Positions 19,973 through 29,626 of a DNA stretch of 64,000 nucleotides are shown here, in pieces. Below the pieces are notes generated by a model. It ran no database searches. It worked only from the letters and a program-made list of their open reading frames with translations, and was not told the origin of the DNA. The DNA comes from Candidatus Sulfomarinibacteraceae bacterium. GTDB taxonomy: Bacteria > Acidobacteriota > Thermoanaerobaculia > Thermoanaerobaculales > Sulfomarinibacteraceae. A program made the position numbers and the translations under genes. The first letter of the stretch is position 1. The number at the start of each line of letters is the position of its first letter. The stretch lies in NCBI GenBank assembly GCA_963796455.1, contig CAWCLO010000001.1:960001-1024000 (forward strand). The letters are read 5' to 3'.

Positions 19973-22597
19973 ATGACAACCATGTCGCCGGAAGAGATCC
20001 GCGCGAAGCTCGATGACATATTGCCGGGGGTCCAGAAACCGACCCGCTATCTCGGCATCGAACGAAATCTGGTCCGCAAACCCTGGCAGTCGGTCAAGGT
20101 GCGAGTCGCCCTTGCCTTTCCAGATGCCTACGAGATCGGCATGTCCCATCAGGGGACTCGGGTGCTGTACCACCTCGTCAATCGACGTGACGACGCACTG
20201 GCCGAGCGGACCTTCGCCCCGATGCCGGACATGGCGGAAGCCCTGCGCAGCAACGATGTGCCCCTCTTCTCACTGGAAACCTATCAACCAGTTGGCGCAT
20301 TCGATATGGTCGGGATCTCGCTTCAGTCAGAGCTCAACTACATCAACATCCCGTACATGCTCGATCTTGCGCGGATCACGAGAAGGGCCTCGGACCGGGG
20401 TCACAATGAGCCCTTCGTCATCGGCGGTGGGCCCTGTACAGCCAACCCGGAACCAGTTGCCGACTTTTTCGATGCCATCCTGATCGGCGATGGAGAAGCG
20501 GCCCTCGACGACATCCTCGACACCATCGGCGACGGCCGCGCCGCCGGTTCCTCCAGGCTCGAGATCCTGAAGCGATTGGCCGCCATCCGTGGGGTCTATG
20601 TCCCAACCTTCTACAAATGGACGCCGGCAGAGGGCGACAAGCCTGCAACCTGGCAGACCCAGGACGCGCAAGCAGTTTTTCCGGTCGAGCGCGTCTGGGT
20701 GAAAGAACTCGATCCTGACAGCCAACCCGAATCGGTGATCGTTCCGTTTGCCGACGTGATCCAGGATCGTATCGGGATGGAAATCATGCGGGGCTGCACC
20801 CAGGGGTGCCGGTTCTGCCAGGCGGGTTACTGGTATCGACCGGTTCGCGAACACGACCCCGAAATGGTGCTCGAACGAATCCAGAAACAGGTTGCTGACA
20901 CCGGCTTCGAACAGGTTGGGCTACTCAGTCTCTCGACCGCCGACTACTCGCAGGTGGAACCGCTGGTATATCGCCTGTCGGAAGAACTGCAGGATCGCCG
21001 GGTCTCCGTGAGCCTGCCATCGCTCCGCGCCGATGCGTTCTCCGTCGGCCTTGCCGAGGCCGTTTCCCGGGTCCGCAAATCCGGTTTCACTTTCGCACCC
21101 GAAACCGGGTCCGATCGACTGCGGCGGGTCATCAACAAGACCTTCACCAACGCCGACATGGTGCAGGCTGCCGAGGCGGCGTTCTCGAAGGGCTGGAACC
21201 TCATCAAGGTCTACGCGATGATCGGGCTGCCCACCGAAACCGATGACGACCTCGAAGAGCTTGCCCGTTTGACCGAAGACATCCTCGAGGCCGCGCGTCG
21301 GTCCGGCAGAGGACGCAAGGTGCAGGTCAAGGTGTCGGTTGGCTGTTTCATCCCCAAGTCGTGGACGCCTTTTCAGTGGCAACCTTTTACCGGTGTTGGA
21401 GAACTCGAGCGCCGGATCCATCTCCTCAAGAACCGCTTCAAGAGGATTCGCGGCGCTCGCCTGACGTGGTCGGAACCGAGAGAAGCGGCTCTCGAGTCGC
21501 TGCTCTCGCGCGGCGGCCGAAATCTGTCCGAGACCATCGAACGAGCGCACGACCTCGGTGCCGTGTTCGACGGTTGGAATGATCTCCTCGACCTCGACGC
21601 CTGGCGCACAGCAATTGATGAGACCGGGGTCGATATGGAAACCGAACTGGGCGAGAGACAGCTCGGCGACACACTGCCCTGGGACGTCATCGACGCCGGC
21701 GTGCGCAAGGGTTATCTCAAGGCCGAATGGCGCCGCGCGCTCAAAGAGGACCAGACCGAAGACTGCAAGTGGGGCCACTGCTATCGCTGTGGGATTCCGG
21801 GCGACGGCGAAGACACCCAGCTCGCCCCGGCATCGCTGCCGGTGATTGGCGACGTTCTTCCCGAGGAGGACCAACCAAAGGCGGCAGCTTACCGCCTGCG
21901 GCCCGAGCCCCGCATCCCGCCACCGGACAAAAGCCGCGCCCAACCGCCGGTCTTTCGCCGCTTTCGCTTCACCTTCACCAAGACCGGCGACGCGAGATGG
22001 TTGTCTCACCGACAGATCATGGATGCCCTCGAACGGATTCTCCGCGCGGCCGAGATCCCGGTCCGATATACCGAAGGATTCAACCCCCATATCCGCCTAT
22101 CCATGGGCCCGGCCCTTTCGGTTGGTCACGAGGGTGAAGCAGAGATCTTCGACGTGGACTGCACCGCCCCGGTGCGCCCTCAGCACATCGAGCAGGCCAA
22201 CCGGCTCCTGCCTGACGGCGTCAAAATCACTGCTGTCCAGGCCTTGTTGCCCGGTGCCCCGTCACTCGGGAAGCTGATCGCAGCGGCCCGGTATCGGATA
22301 TCGGCGCCGCGCATCGACGATCGAAGCTGGCCAGCCTCGAGTGAAGGCCTTGCCGATGATCTGGGTTCAGGGGTCGGGAGCTGGGCCCTGCTCGAGGACG
22401 GCAGTCTTCGAGTCGAACTCAATGCCCGGCAAGAGGACGGCCCGACGGTTTCGGTCAAAAAGCTCCTTCTCGGTCTCGGACTCGACGAGGATGAATCCAT
22501 CCGGACAACGGTTGCCCGTGAAGGGCTGGTGCTCAGACCGCGAACCAAAAAAACAAAGCCTGCCGCAACGGAGACGACCGGGACGGTTCACCCGTGA
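19973..22597 (+). CDS. TIGR03960-type B12-binding radical SAM protein fused to a TIGR03936/DUF2344-type domain
   Basis: FPDAYEIGMS N-terminus, RGCTQGCRFC cluster motif, FAPETG; C-terminal FTKTGDARWLSH...YTEGFNPH domain. Confidence 0.88.
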   Translation: MTTMSPEEIRAKLDDILPGVQKPTRYLGIERNLVRKPWQSVKVRVALAFPDAYEIGMSHQGTRVLYHLVNRRDDALAERTFAPMPDMAEALRSNDVPLFSLETYQPVGAFDMVGISLQSELNYINIPYMLDLARITRRASDRGHNEPFVIGGGPCTANPEPVADFFDAILIGDGEAALDDILDTIGDGRAAGSSRLEILKRLAAIRGVYVPTFYKWTPAEGDKPATWQTQDAQAVFPVERVWVKELDPDSQPESVIVPFADVIQDRIGMEIMRGCTQGCRFCQAGYWYRPVREHDPEMVLERIQKQVADTGFEQVGLLSLSTADYSQVEPLVYRLSEELQDRRVSVSLPSLRADAFSVGLAEAVSRVRKSGFTFAPETGSDRLRRVINKTFTNADMVQAAEAAFSKGWNLIKVYAMIGLPTETDDDLEELARLTEDILEAARRSGRGRKVQVKVSVGCFIPKSWTPFQWQPFTGVGELERRIHLLKNRFKRIRGARLTWSEPREAALESLLSRGGRNLSETIERAHDLGAVFDGWNDLLDLDAWRTAIDETGVDMETELGERQLGDTLPWDVIDAGVRKGYLKAEWRRALKEDQTEDCKWGHCYRCGIPGDGEDTQLAPASLPVIGDVLPEEDQPKAAAYRLRPEPRIPPPDKSRAQPPVFRRFRFTFTKTGDARWLSHRQIMDALERILRAAEIPVRYTEGFNPHIRLSMGPALSVGHEGEAEIFDVDCTAPVRPQHIEQANRLLPDGVKITAVQALLPGAPSLGKLIAAARYRISAPRIDDRSWPASSEGLADDLGSGVGSWALLEDGSLRVELNARQEDGPTVSVKKLLLGLGLDEDESIRTTVAREGLVLRPRTKKTKPAATETTGTVHP

Positions 22598-22974
22598 GGG
22601 CACGATGGGTCATTCACTCGCGTTCGAATTTCAACGCGCACCACGCCCTGACCATTTACCTGGGCCAAGCGGAAGCCTCCCACAGTCACGAGTGGCAGGT
22701 CGAGGTACAGGTCGGCACGGATCGCCTCAACGACGAGGGATATGCGCTCGATTTCCACGCGGTACATCGGATTCTCAAAGATGCGGTGGCTCCCCTCGAG
22801 GACATGGACCTCAACCAACACCCTGAGATCGGCAAGCCGACACCCTCGGCCGAGCGGGTGGCCGAGGTGCTCGCCGGCCACCTGGCGCCGAAGTTCGAAG
22901 AGATCGGGGGCCGTCTCATTTCAGTGAGTGTGTGGGAGGGACCGGAGAACCGGGTTGATCTCAACCTCGGTTGA
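22594..22974 (+). CDS. 6-pyruvoyl-tetrahydropterin synthase/QueD-family protein with Glu-type active-site motif
   Basis: FNAHHAL...EASHSH...LDF...PSAE...VSVWE; GTGA overlap with the upstream gene. Confidence 0.8.
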   Translation: MRARWVIHSRSNFNAHHALTIYLGQAEASHSHEWQVEVQVGTDRLNDEGYALDFHAVHRILKDAVAPLEDMDLNQHPEIGKPTPSAERVAEVLAGHLAPKFEEIGGRLISVSVWEGPENRVDLNLG

Positions 22975-22992
22975 CACGGGACGCAACGGGGT

Positions 22993-23073
22993 TGGGCTAT
23001 GGGGCTATGCGCTATGGGGCTATGGGGCTATGCGCTACTTAGGGGCTATGGGGCTATGGGGCTATGGGGCTAT
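22993..23073. repeat. (GGGGCTAT)n left arm of four-helix-bundle cassette
   Basis: Imperfect tandem 8-mer array read directly from the sequence. Confidence 0.95.
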
Positions 23074-23100
23074 TGAGCAATCGGTGTTCGTTGGCAGGAG

Positions 23101-23457
23101 TCAATAGGACCTGCGCTTCTGAATGAATGAGGCAAGAGCGGCCGCCGTTCTGCCTTGCGATTCGCGCAGCTTTTCTGATTTCCCATCGGCCAAATATCCC
23201 AGCCTGTGAGAAAGGTCGATCAGGTACCCCAATTCCCGGACCGATCCAAATGCGATATCGAGAAAACGGTCGAATTCGGTTTCAGTCCTTCGGCCACAAC
23301 CTTCTACAATATTTGCGGCGACAGAGACGGAGCACCGTCTCATCTGGCTGACCAATCCATAGAGTTCGTCCTGTGGATAACTTTTTGTCGCTTGGTAAAC
23401 GAGAATCACCAGATCATCTGCCAACCGATAAACATCAAGCTTTCGATGGTCTCTCAA
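23101..23457 (-). CDS. Four helix bundle protein (TIGR02436 / 23S rRNA-IVP / bAvd-like)
   Basis: HRKLDVY...YPQDELYGLVSQMRRCSVSVAANIVEGCGR...FLDIAFGSVREL...LGYL is the family signature; visibly more AT-rich than its neighbours. Confidence 0.92.
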   Translation of the reverse strand: MRDHRKLDVYRLADDLVILVYQATKSYPQDELYGLVSQMRRCSVSVAANIVEGCGRRTETEFDRFLDIAFGSVRELGYLIDLSHRLGYLADGKSEKLRESQGRTAAALASFIQKRRSY

Positions 23458-23497
23458 AGCGTTCTCACTTTAGATCGGAGGCTCCAAACCCGTGATC

Positions 23498-23533
23498 GCC
23501 ATAGCCTTATAGCCCCACAGCCTCATAGCCTCA
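23498..23533. repeat. Degenerate (ATAGCCYY)n right arm, inverted relative to 22993-23073
   Basis: catagccttatagccccacagcctcatagcctca; ATAGCCCC is the reverse complement of GGGGCTAT. Confidence 0.85.
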
Positions 23534-25546
23534 TTGCCCATTCACCGCCTGCGCTACCAACTCGATGACATCGTAGGTCGTCGCGTCCTCATGCCCCATT
23601 TCGTTCTGGGCATCGGAGAGCATCGAGTAGCAGTAGGGGCATGCGACTGCCGTGTCCTTCGTTCCGGTGGCCTCGAGCTGGGCGAACCGGGTCTGGTTGA
23701 TGCGCTCTCCGATGCTTTCCTCGAGCCACATCCGACCGCCGCCGGCGCCGCAGCACATCGAGGTTTCACGACTGAGTTCGGCCTCCCGTACATTGACGCC
23801 CGGAATCGCGTTGAGGAGGAATCGCGGCGCGTCGTATTCGCCGTTGGTGCGGCCGAGATAACAGGGATCGTGATAAGCCACGTCGACATCGACCGTCGCG
23901 GTGAGCTTCACCTTGCCCGACCGTACGAGATCGGCGACGAGTTGGGTGCCGTGGACGACTTCGTACTCTCCGCCGAACTCGGGATACTCGTGCGCCAAGG
24001 TATTGAAGGCGTGCGGGCAATTGGTGACGATTTTCTTGACGCCATAGCCGTTCATGGTCTCGATGTTTTGCTGCGCCAGCATCTGGAAGAGGTATTCGTT
24101 GCCGAGCCGGCGCGCCGCGTCGCCGGTCGAGACCTCCTCGGGACCGAGGATGGCGATCTTGACACCGGCGGTCTGGAGAATCTTGACCATCGCCTGCGAG
24201 ACCTTTTTGCCGTGATCGTCGTAGCTTCCGGGCGACCCGACAAAAAACAGATATTCGAAATCGCCCGCGGCCTCCGCAGCAAGCGGGACACCGAGATCTG
24301 AGGCCCAGTTGCCGCGTTCTTCCGCCGGCAGCTGCCACGGGTTGCCGTTGACCTCGTAGCCGCGGAAGGCAGGTTGGGCTTCGTCGGGGAACTCCGCTTT
24401 CTCGAGCACCAGGTTCCGCCGCAACTCCACCAGCTTGTCGACGTAGCTGATATCGAGGGGACACGCCCGTTCGCACCAGCGGCAGGTGGTGCAAGCCCAG
24501 ATGACCTCGGGATCAACGACCACCGGCACCAGTTGATGTTCGGATCGGTGATCCGCTTCTCCGGGCGAACCGAGAATGTCCTGCTGCTCGGCATAGAGTT
24601 GATCTCGCACGCTCTTCAGAAAAAGCACCGGCTGCAGCGGTTTGTGGGTGAGGGTGGTCGGACAATACTCCCGGCAGCGTCCGCACTCGGTACAGGTGTA
24701 CATATCGAGCATCTGCTTCCAGGTGAAGTCGGTCACCGTCGAGATACCGAACGTGGTGTTGTCGTCGATGTTCTCGAGATCCATGCTCGGCAATTTGCCG
24801 GGAGCATCGAGATTGGCGAAAAAGACGTTGAATATCGAGGTGTAGACGTGGAAGTGCTTGGAGTACGGCAGTTCGTTGGCAAAGGCGAACAGGGTGATGA
24901 GGTGGACCCACCAGCTGAAGCCGTAGATGAATTGGAGCTTCGCCGCGCTGAGACCTGAAAAGGCGCCCGCTACGAGACTCGAGATCGGAAGATAGGAGCC
25001 CTCGAGCTCACCGGCCGCAATGCGCGCGCCCTCCGATGTCAGGTCGGTGATCATGAGGATGGCGATAAAACCAATCACCAACCAGGCGCCCCAGCTCTGA
25101 ATCACGCGCTCCTTCTTCTGGATGCCCCGTCGCCAGATGGCGAAAGCGAGACCGACCAATACCAGCAACTCGAATATGTCCTTGGAGAACAAATAGGCGT
25201 GGCCCACCGGCGAATCGAGGAGCGGCAGTTCCCAACCCGCAAAAAGGCCCTCGAGGACCATGGTCACCGTGCGCACGCTGACCACCAGGAAACCGTAGAA
25301 GATCAGCAGGTGATAGAAACCGGCCAGCTTGTCGTCAAACATCTTCCTCTGACCGAAGGCGTAGACCATCATGTGTTTGAATCGCTCACCTATACGGTCG
25401 AAACGATTGTCCGCCCGGCCGCTCCTGAGAAGCTGAATCCGCCGGCTCAGCGAAAAGATGACTGCGCCGACACCGAAAATCGTGAGAATCCAGAACCAAA
25501 CAACCCCGGAAATCCCCAGAAACGACCCAGCGGTGGCGTGATGCAT
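23531..25546 (-). CDS. Membrane-anchored Fe-S oxidoreductase with CCG domains (FadF/HdrD-like)
   Basis: N-terminal TM helices; CTECGRCREYCP and CTTCRWCERACP; YHDPC, CCGAGGG and ACPYC motifs. Confidence 0.88.
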   Translation of the reverse strand: MHHATAGSFLGISGVVWFWILTIFGVGAVIFSLSRRIQLLRSGRADNRFDRIGERFKHMMVYAFGQRKMFDDKLAGFYHLLIFYGFLVVSVRTVTMVLEGLFAGWELPLLDSPVGHAYLFSKDIFELLVLVGLAFAIWRRGIQKKERVIQSWGAWLVIGFIAILMITDLTSEGARIAAGELEGSYLPISSLVAGAFSGLSAAKLQFIYGFSWWVHLITLFAFANELPYSKHFHVYTSIFNVFFANLDAPGKLPSMDLENIDDNTTFGISTVTDFTWKQMLDMYTCTECGRCREYCPTTLTHKPLQPVLFLKSVRDQLYAEQQDILGSPGEADHRSEHQLVPVVVDPEVIWACTTCRWCERACPLDISYVDKLVELRRNLVLEKAEFPDEAQPAFRGYEVNGNPWQLPAEERGNWASDLGVPLAAEAAGDFEYLFFVGSPGSYDDHGKKVSQAMVKILQTAGVKIAILGPEEVSTGDAARRLGNEYLFQMLAQQNIETMNGYGVKKIVTNCPHAFNTLAHEYPEFGGEYEVVHGTQLVADLVRSGKVKLTATVDVDVAYHDPCYLGRTNGEYDAPRFLLNAIPGVNVREAELSRETSMCCGAGGGRMWLEESIGERINQTRFAQLEATGTKDTAVACPYCYSMLSDAQNEMGHEDATTYDVIELVAQAVNGQ

Positions 25547-25625
25547 GACCCCTCCTTCAATTCGGGCGGTTCAACCCGTGCACGAGCAGCACCGATCACG
25601 GGCGAGTATAGCGGGGAGACATGAA

Positions 25626-25660
25626 AATTAGGATTTAGGATTTAGGATTTAGGAATTCAG
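25626..25660. repeat. (TTTAGGA)n heptamer array
   Basis: ttaggatttaggatttaggatttaggaatt. Confidence 0.9.
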
Positions 25661-25742
25661 ATTTCGGGCCACAAACGACCGGCGAATGCGTAACCCGGCA
25701 GCAGATGTCGAGCACAGCCACGATGAGAGATCAGGGCATGAT

Positions 25743-26783
25743 TCAGACTGAGAGAGCGGCAACCAGTTTTTCGAGGAGGGACGAGGTCGGGACCTCCGGG
25801 TCCTCCGGATCGATCCAACGCCATGCCTCTGAGGGGGGCTCCAGCACGCCGATATCAAATCGGACCGGGATGACATCAATCTTCCGGTGGGTGATGTTGT
25901 GGCGAACCGGGGCGCCGACGACGCCGTTCGAAGCGGCGGTTTCGGGCAGGAGGTCGCGGGCAGTAGCAGCCGGATCGTCACGATCCCCGATTTCGGTGAA
26001 GGGTGGCAGCCAGAGACCCCTGAGTATCGGACCGTCGTCCACCCTGCGGAGCAACCACAATCCGCCACGGTTGACACAACAGGCTGCCGCCCAGCGGAGC
26101 GCGATCGTGGCCCGCCGGCGACGGGGCGGCGGGTAGGCTTCCTGTTGCCCACCCGCACGCGCTCGACATTTTGACTGCAGCGGACATCGATCGCAGCCCG
26201 GATCGGTTGGTGTGCAGACGGTGGCGCCGAGCTCCATCAGCGCCTCGTTGACCTCGCCCGGCGGCAACCCTTCCTGCATGGATGCGACCCATCCACCGAG
26301 ATGGCGCCGTCCGCCCGCCGATCGCGGGTCGAGATCGAGTGCCTCGACCCGCGCAGCCACGCGCATGACATTGCCATCAAGGACCGGCACCTGTTCGCCA
26401 AATGCCAACGATGCCACCGCAGCCGCAGTATAGGGACCGATTCCAGGAAGCTTCTGGAGCTCGGCGGCAGTCCGCGGGAAATCGCCCCCGACCCCCGATA
26501 ACTCCCGAGCCATTTGATGCAACAGGCGAGCACGCCGGTAGTAGCCGAGGCCTGACCAGGAGGCAAGGACCTCCTCCTCGCTGGCCGACGCGAGTTCCGC
26601 AATTGAGGGAAAACGATCTATAAACGCTTCAAAACGGGGCACGACCCGGTCGACCTGGGTCTGCTGGAGCATGAACTCGCTGACCACTACATGGTAGGGA
26701 TTCCGGGGTTCGGCCCGCCAGGGTAAGCAGCGGGCATTGGTGCGGTACCAGGTCAGAAGCTTTTGGTTCATCAACCCCGCCAT
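25743..26783 (-). CDS. mutY: A/G-specific adenine glycosylase
   Basis: LPWR, SEFMLQQT, WSGLGYY, HhH LPGIGPYTA, DGNVMRV, 4Fe-4S Cys motif, NUDIX-like C-terminus. Confidence 0.95.
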   Translation of the reverse strand: MAGLMNQKLLTWYRTNARCLPWRAEPRNPYHVVVSEFMLQQTQVDRVVPRFEAFIDRFPSIAELASASEEEVLASWSGLGYYRRARLLHQMARELSGVGGDFPRTAAELQKLPGIGPYTAAAVASLAFGEQVPVLDGNVMRVAARVEALDLDPRSAGGRRHLGGWVASMQEGLPPGEVNEALMELGATVCTPTDPGCDRCPLQSKCRARAGGQQEAYPPPRRRRATIALRWAAACCVNRGGLWLLRRVDDGPILRGLWLPPFTEIGDRDDPAATARDLLPETAASNGVVGAPVRHNITHRKIDVIPVRFDIGVLEPPSEAWRWIDPEDPEVPTSSLLEKLVAALSV

Positions 26784-26830
26784 CCTACCCGGACCGGGCC
26801 TCCGCGCTATAATGCGCCACAGATCGCCAC

Positions 26831-26858
26831 GTAACAAACCTGTCTGGGAGGGCAAAAC
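26831..26858 (+). promoter_or_regulatory. Candidate autoregulatory ECF promoter GTAACA-N16-CAAA
   Basis: Resembles GTAAC-type promoters of SigF/NrsF-type ECF systems; lies immediately before ATG 26863. Confidence 0.35.
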
Positions 26859-26862
26859 ATCC

Positions 26863-27423
26863 ATGGGAGTCGACCGGAAAGCCGAGGACGAGCGCCTGAT
26901 CGAGCTCATGATCGGCTATCAGAAAGGCAGCATGGATGATTTCGAGGGCTTGTACGCCGCTCTCAAACAACCCCTCGTCCGGTATCTCTGGACCTTTGTG
27001 CGCAACGCGACGATGGCCGAGGACCTCCTGCAGGACACATTTCTCCAGATCCATCGCGCACGACAGACCTACACACCAAGACGACCCGTACGGCCGTGGA
27101 TCTATGCGATCACCAGGCATGTGGCCTTGATGCACCTGAGGTCAGGCCGCCGCCGCAAGGAAATGTTGGCGAATGACGAGTTGCCCGAGGTCCCGGTGCC
27201 GCCGGAAGTGGAAAGTCTCGCGGATCGGGCGACTCTGCAAAAAATGTTGTCAGAACTTCCGAAACCAGCCCAGGAGGTCCTGACCTTGCACCATCTGTTG
27301 GGTATGAGCTTTCAGGAGGTGGGCGAGATTCTCGGGATTGCGCCGGGCACCGCCAAGGTGCGCGCTCACCGGGCGCTCAAGAGCATACGGGCGAGACTCG
27401 ACAAACAGGGAGGCAGCGCGTGA
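26863..27423 (+). CDS. ECF sigma-70 factor
   Basis: Region 2 (AEDLLQDTFL...PWIYAITR) and region 4 (SFQEVGEILGIAPGTAKVRAHRA). Confidence 0.92.
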   Translation: MGVDRKAEDERLIELMIGYQKGSMDDFEGLYAALKQPLVRYLWTFVRNATMAEDLLQDTFLQIHRARQTYTPRRPVRPWIYAITRHVALMHLRSGRRRKEMLANDELPEVPVPPEVESLADRATLQKMLSELPKPAQEVLTLHHLLGMSFQEVGEILGIAPGTAKVRAHRALKSIRARLDKQGGSA

Positions 27424-28109
27424 ATAGCGAACTCGTTCCGGAGTCCCTGCGCAGCTCCATCGCAGAGGATCTCCAGCTTGTCAGGCCACTGCCTCCGGCA
27501 TGGATGCGGACCCTGGAGGCGGCAGCGGTCGCGGCGCTGGGTCTGGCCGCGGTTGTCGTGTTCTTCCACCTCCAGATTCGACCGGACATGGATCAACTCC
27601 CGATGTGGTTGGGCTGGGGATGCACGGTGGTCCAGATTGGTATCGGCATCCTTTTGGTCGGCATGGCGATGCGCGAAGCGGTGCCGGGTCTCGGTGTTCC
27701 CAAGGGTGCCATCATCCTCGCCCTCGGTACCGCGGTCCTGATGCAACTCCTGGTGGCCGTCGTTACCTGGATGTACAGCCCCGGAATGCCGCTGACAGAA
27801 GAGATCTTCGTGAAAACCGGCATGTCCTGCGCGAGCCACGACACCTCGATGGCGTTGCCGGCATTGGCGGTGACCCTCTGGTTGGTCTTCAGAGCCTTGC
27901 CGCTGCGTCCTTCCATCGCGGGTCTGCTCGGTGGGGCCGGCGCCGCAGTCACCGCCGATGCGATGACCCACGTCCTGTGCCCAATGTCCGATCTGCGGCA
28001 CGTGCTTGTCTGGCATACCGGCGCCCTGCTCGGTCTGATGCTGATCGGATGGATCGTCGGCAAGGTTTGGGAGTGGAAGCGGTTTGGATCAGGCGCCGCG
28101 TCGGATTGA
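27420..28109 (+). CDS. NrsF/DUF1109-type membrane anti-sigma factor
   Basis: Multi-TM protein overlapping the sigma gene; DLQLVRPL N-terminus and C-P...H...WH C-terminal motif. Confidence 0.75.
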   Translation: MNSELVPESLRSSIAEDLQLVRPLPPAWMRTLEAAAVAALGLAAVVVFFHLQIRPDMDQLPMWLGWGCTVVQIGIGILLVGMAMREAVPGLGVPKGAIILALGTAVLMQLLVAVVTWMYSPGMPLTEEIFVKTGMSCASHDTSMALPALAVTLWLVFRALPLRPSIAGLLGGAGAAVTADAMTHVLCPMSDLRHVLVWHTGALLGLMLIGWIVGKVWEWKRFGSGAASD

Positions 28110-28121
28110 TTCGAAGAAACC

Positions 28122-28241
28122 GAGTTCGAAATTCGGAGTTCGGAGTTCGGAGTTCCGTGCATCCAACCACGCGGTGACACCCAAGATCATTCGAGAAATG
28201 GCCGAAAATTCCGAATTCCGAATTCATCATTCCGAATTCGA
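28122..28241. repeat. Inverted heptamer arms (GGAGTTC)n...(GAATTCC)n with no cargo gene
   Basis: Left arm 28122-28157, right arm 28207-28241. Confidence 0.85.
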
Positions 28242-28257
28242 CCGTTCGCGCTGCTGC

Positions 28258-28286
28258 TTGACAACCCGGCTCATTGAGTTCACAGT
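28258..28286 (+). promoter_or_regulatory. Candidate sigma70 promoter for the rubrerythrin-like gene
   Basis: TTGACA-N17-CACAGT. Confidence 0.35.
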
Positions 28287-28317
28287 TTGCGCCGGATGAT
28301 GTTCCCTGGAGGATCCC

Positions 28318-28839
28318 ATGAGTCACGACATTGATTTCAGTACCCTTTCGCTCCGCGACACCCTCGACCTCGCCGTATCGGTGGAGGAAGAAGCCAAGGA
28401 GCGCTATGACGATTTCGCCGAGCAGATGGATGCGCACCGGACGCCTGAGGCCGCGAAGTTTTTCCGCTTCATGGCGGACAACGAGATCAAGCATGCCGAG
28501 AAGTTGAGCGCCCGGCGCAAGGAACTCTTTGGCGACGCACCGAGCACGGCCGACACATCGATGATTTATGACATCGAGGCTCCGGAGTTTGATGCCGCGC
28601 GCGCGTTCATGTCCATTCGCGCCGCCCTCGATGTCGCGATGGAGTCCGAGGTCAAGGCCTATGAATTCTACGACCAGGCGCTGCCGACCATCGAAGACCG
28701 TGAAGTCAAAAAGCTCTTCATCGAGCTCCGAGACGAAGAAATGCGTCATCAGGAGATGATCACCGAAACGATGGCCAAGGTTCCCGAGGGCGACGGCTTC
28801 GACCCCGACGATTTCGTGGACGGTCCGGCCGCTCAATAG
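28318..28839 (+). CDS. Rubrerythrin/ferritin-like di-iron protein
   Basis: E...Y...ExxH motif pairs (EEEAKERY, NEIKH, EVKAYEFY, EEMRH). Confidence 0.85.
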   Translation: MSHDIDFSTLSLRDTLDLAVSVEEEAKERYDDFAEQMDAHRTPEAAKFFRFMADNEIKHAEKLSARRKELFGDAPSTADTSMIYDIEAPEFDAARAFMSIRAALDVAMESEVKAYEFYDQALPTIEDREVKKLFIELRDEEMRHQEMITETMAKVPEGDGFDPDDFVDGPAAQ

Positions 28840-28902
28840 CTCGAAGCGCACCAGAAAAAATCTCGGAAAACCGCGGAGTATCCAGGGGCCGGATACGGTC
28901 TG

Positions 28903-29575
28903 AGAAACCGCAGATCACGCAGATGACATGAGGCGGTGCCGACCGTGGCTACACCGCCTCATGTCATCCTGAGCGAGGGAGTTTCGCGACCGAGTCGAAG
29001 GATCTACGCAGATAAGGAATCGCTACCGTCATCGTGTCGCTATCGCTATCGAAAAGCGAAAACTCCGAGGTCTATTCAATGGCGGTCCCGATCCCGATCC
29101 CGAATTGCAGCGGCAGCGACAGTGTTCAGCGTCAGCGACAGGCAACAGCGAACAGGGACAGCGACAGAGAACAGCGATCAGTGTTCAGCGGCAGCGGCAG
29201 CGATCAGGTCCGTGCCATGACCTGGCGGCTGTTGAACCCAAAAATTAACGTACCGTTCCCTGACGCTGACGCTGCTCGCCGACGCTGGTTCCTGTCGCTG
29301 TCGCCGACTCCTGTTCGCTGACGCTGTACACTGATCGCTGTTCCCTGTCTCTGACGCTGATCGCTGTCTAAGACCCTGTCTTGGACAAGAGTGATCGAGT
29401 ATCGAGTATCGAGTATCGAGCGAATGGTCTCCCTTTCCCCATGCTCCTCTGCCGATGGTTGACGCGCCAAAAATCCGAAATCCGAAATCCGAAATTGATC
29501 TCCCCTTCCCCCTTTCTCCCCTTCCCCCTTTCTCCCTTTCTCCCTTTCTCCCTTTCTCCTCTTCTACCCGGCACC
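28903..29575. mobile_element. Copy B: composite element (motif+hairpin+half palindrome, R/L frame 29099-29396, four-helix remnant 29201-29248, TATCGAG, AATCCGA and CTCCCTTT arrays)
   Basis: 28903-29182 closely matches the reverse complement of 47922-48230; remnant reads DQVRAMTWRLLNPK. Confidence 0.78.
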
Positions 29576-29626
29576 CGTTCTCACAATTGATGAACCCGCA
29601 AGGTCGTTGCGGTTACACTTGAAGGG

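Noticed and set aside
23101..23457. Diversity-generating retroelement (Avd-like gene)
   Set aside because: No reverse transcriptase, and no TR/VR pair with adenine-specific differences seen in the window.
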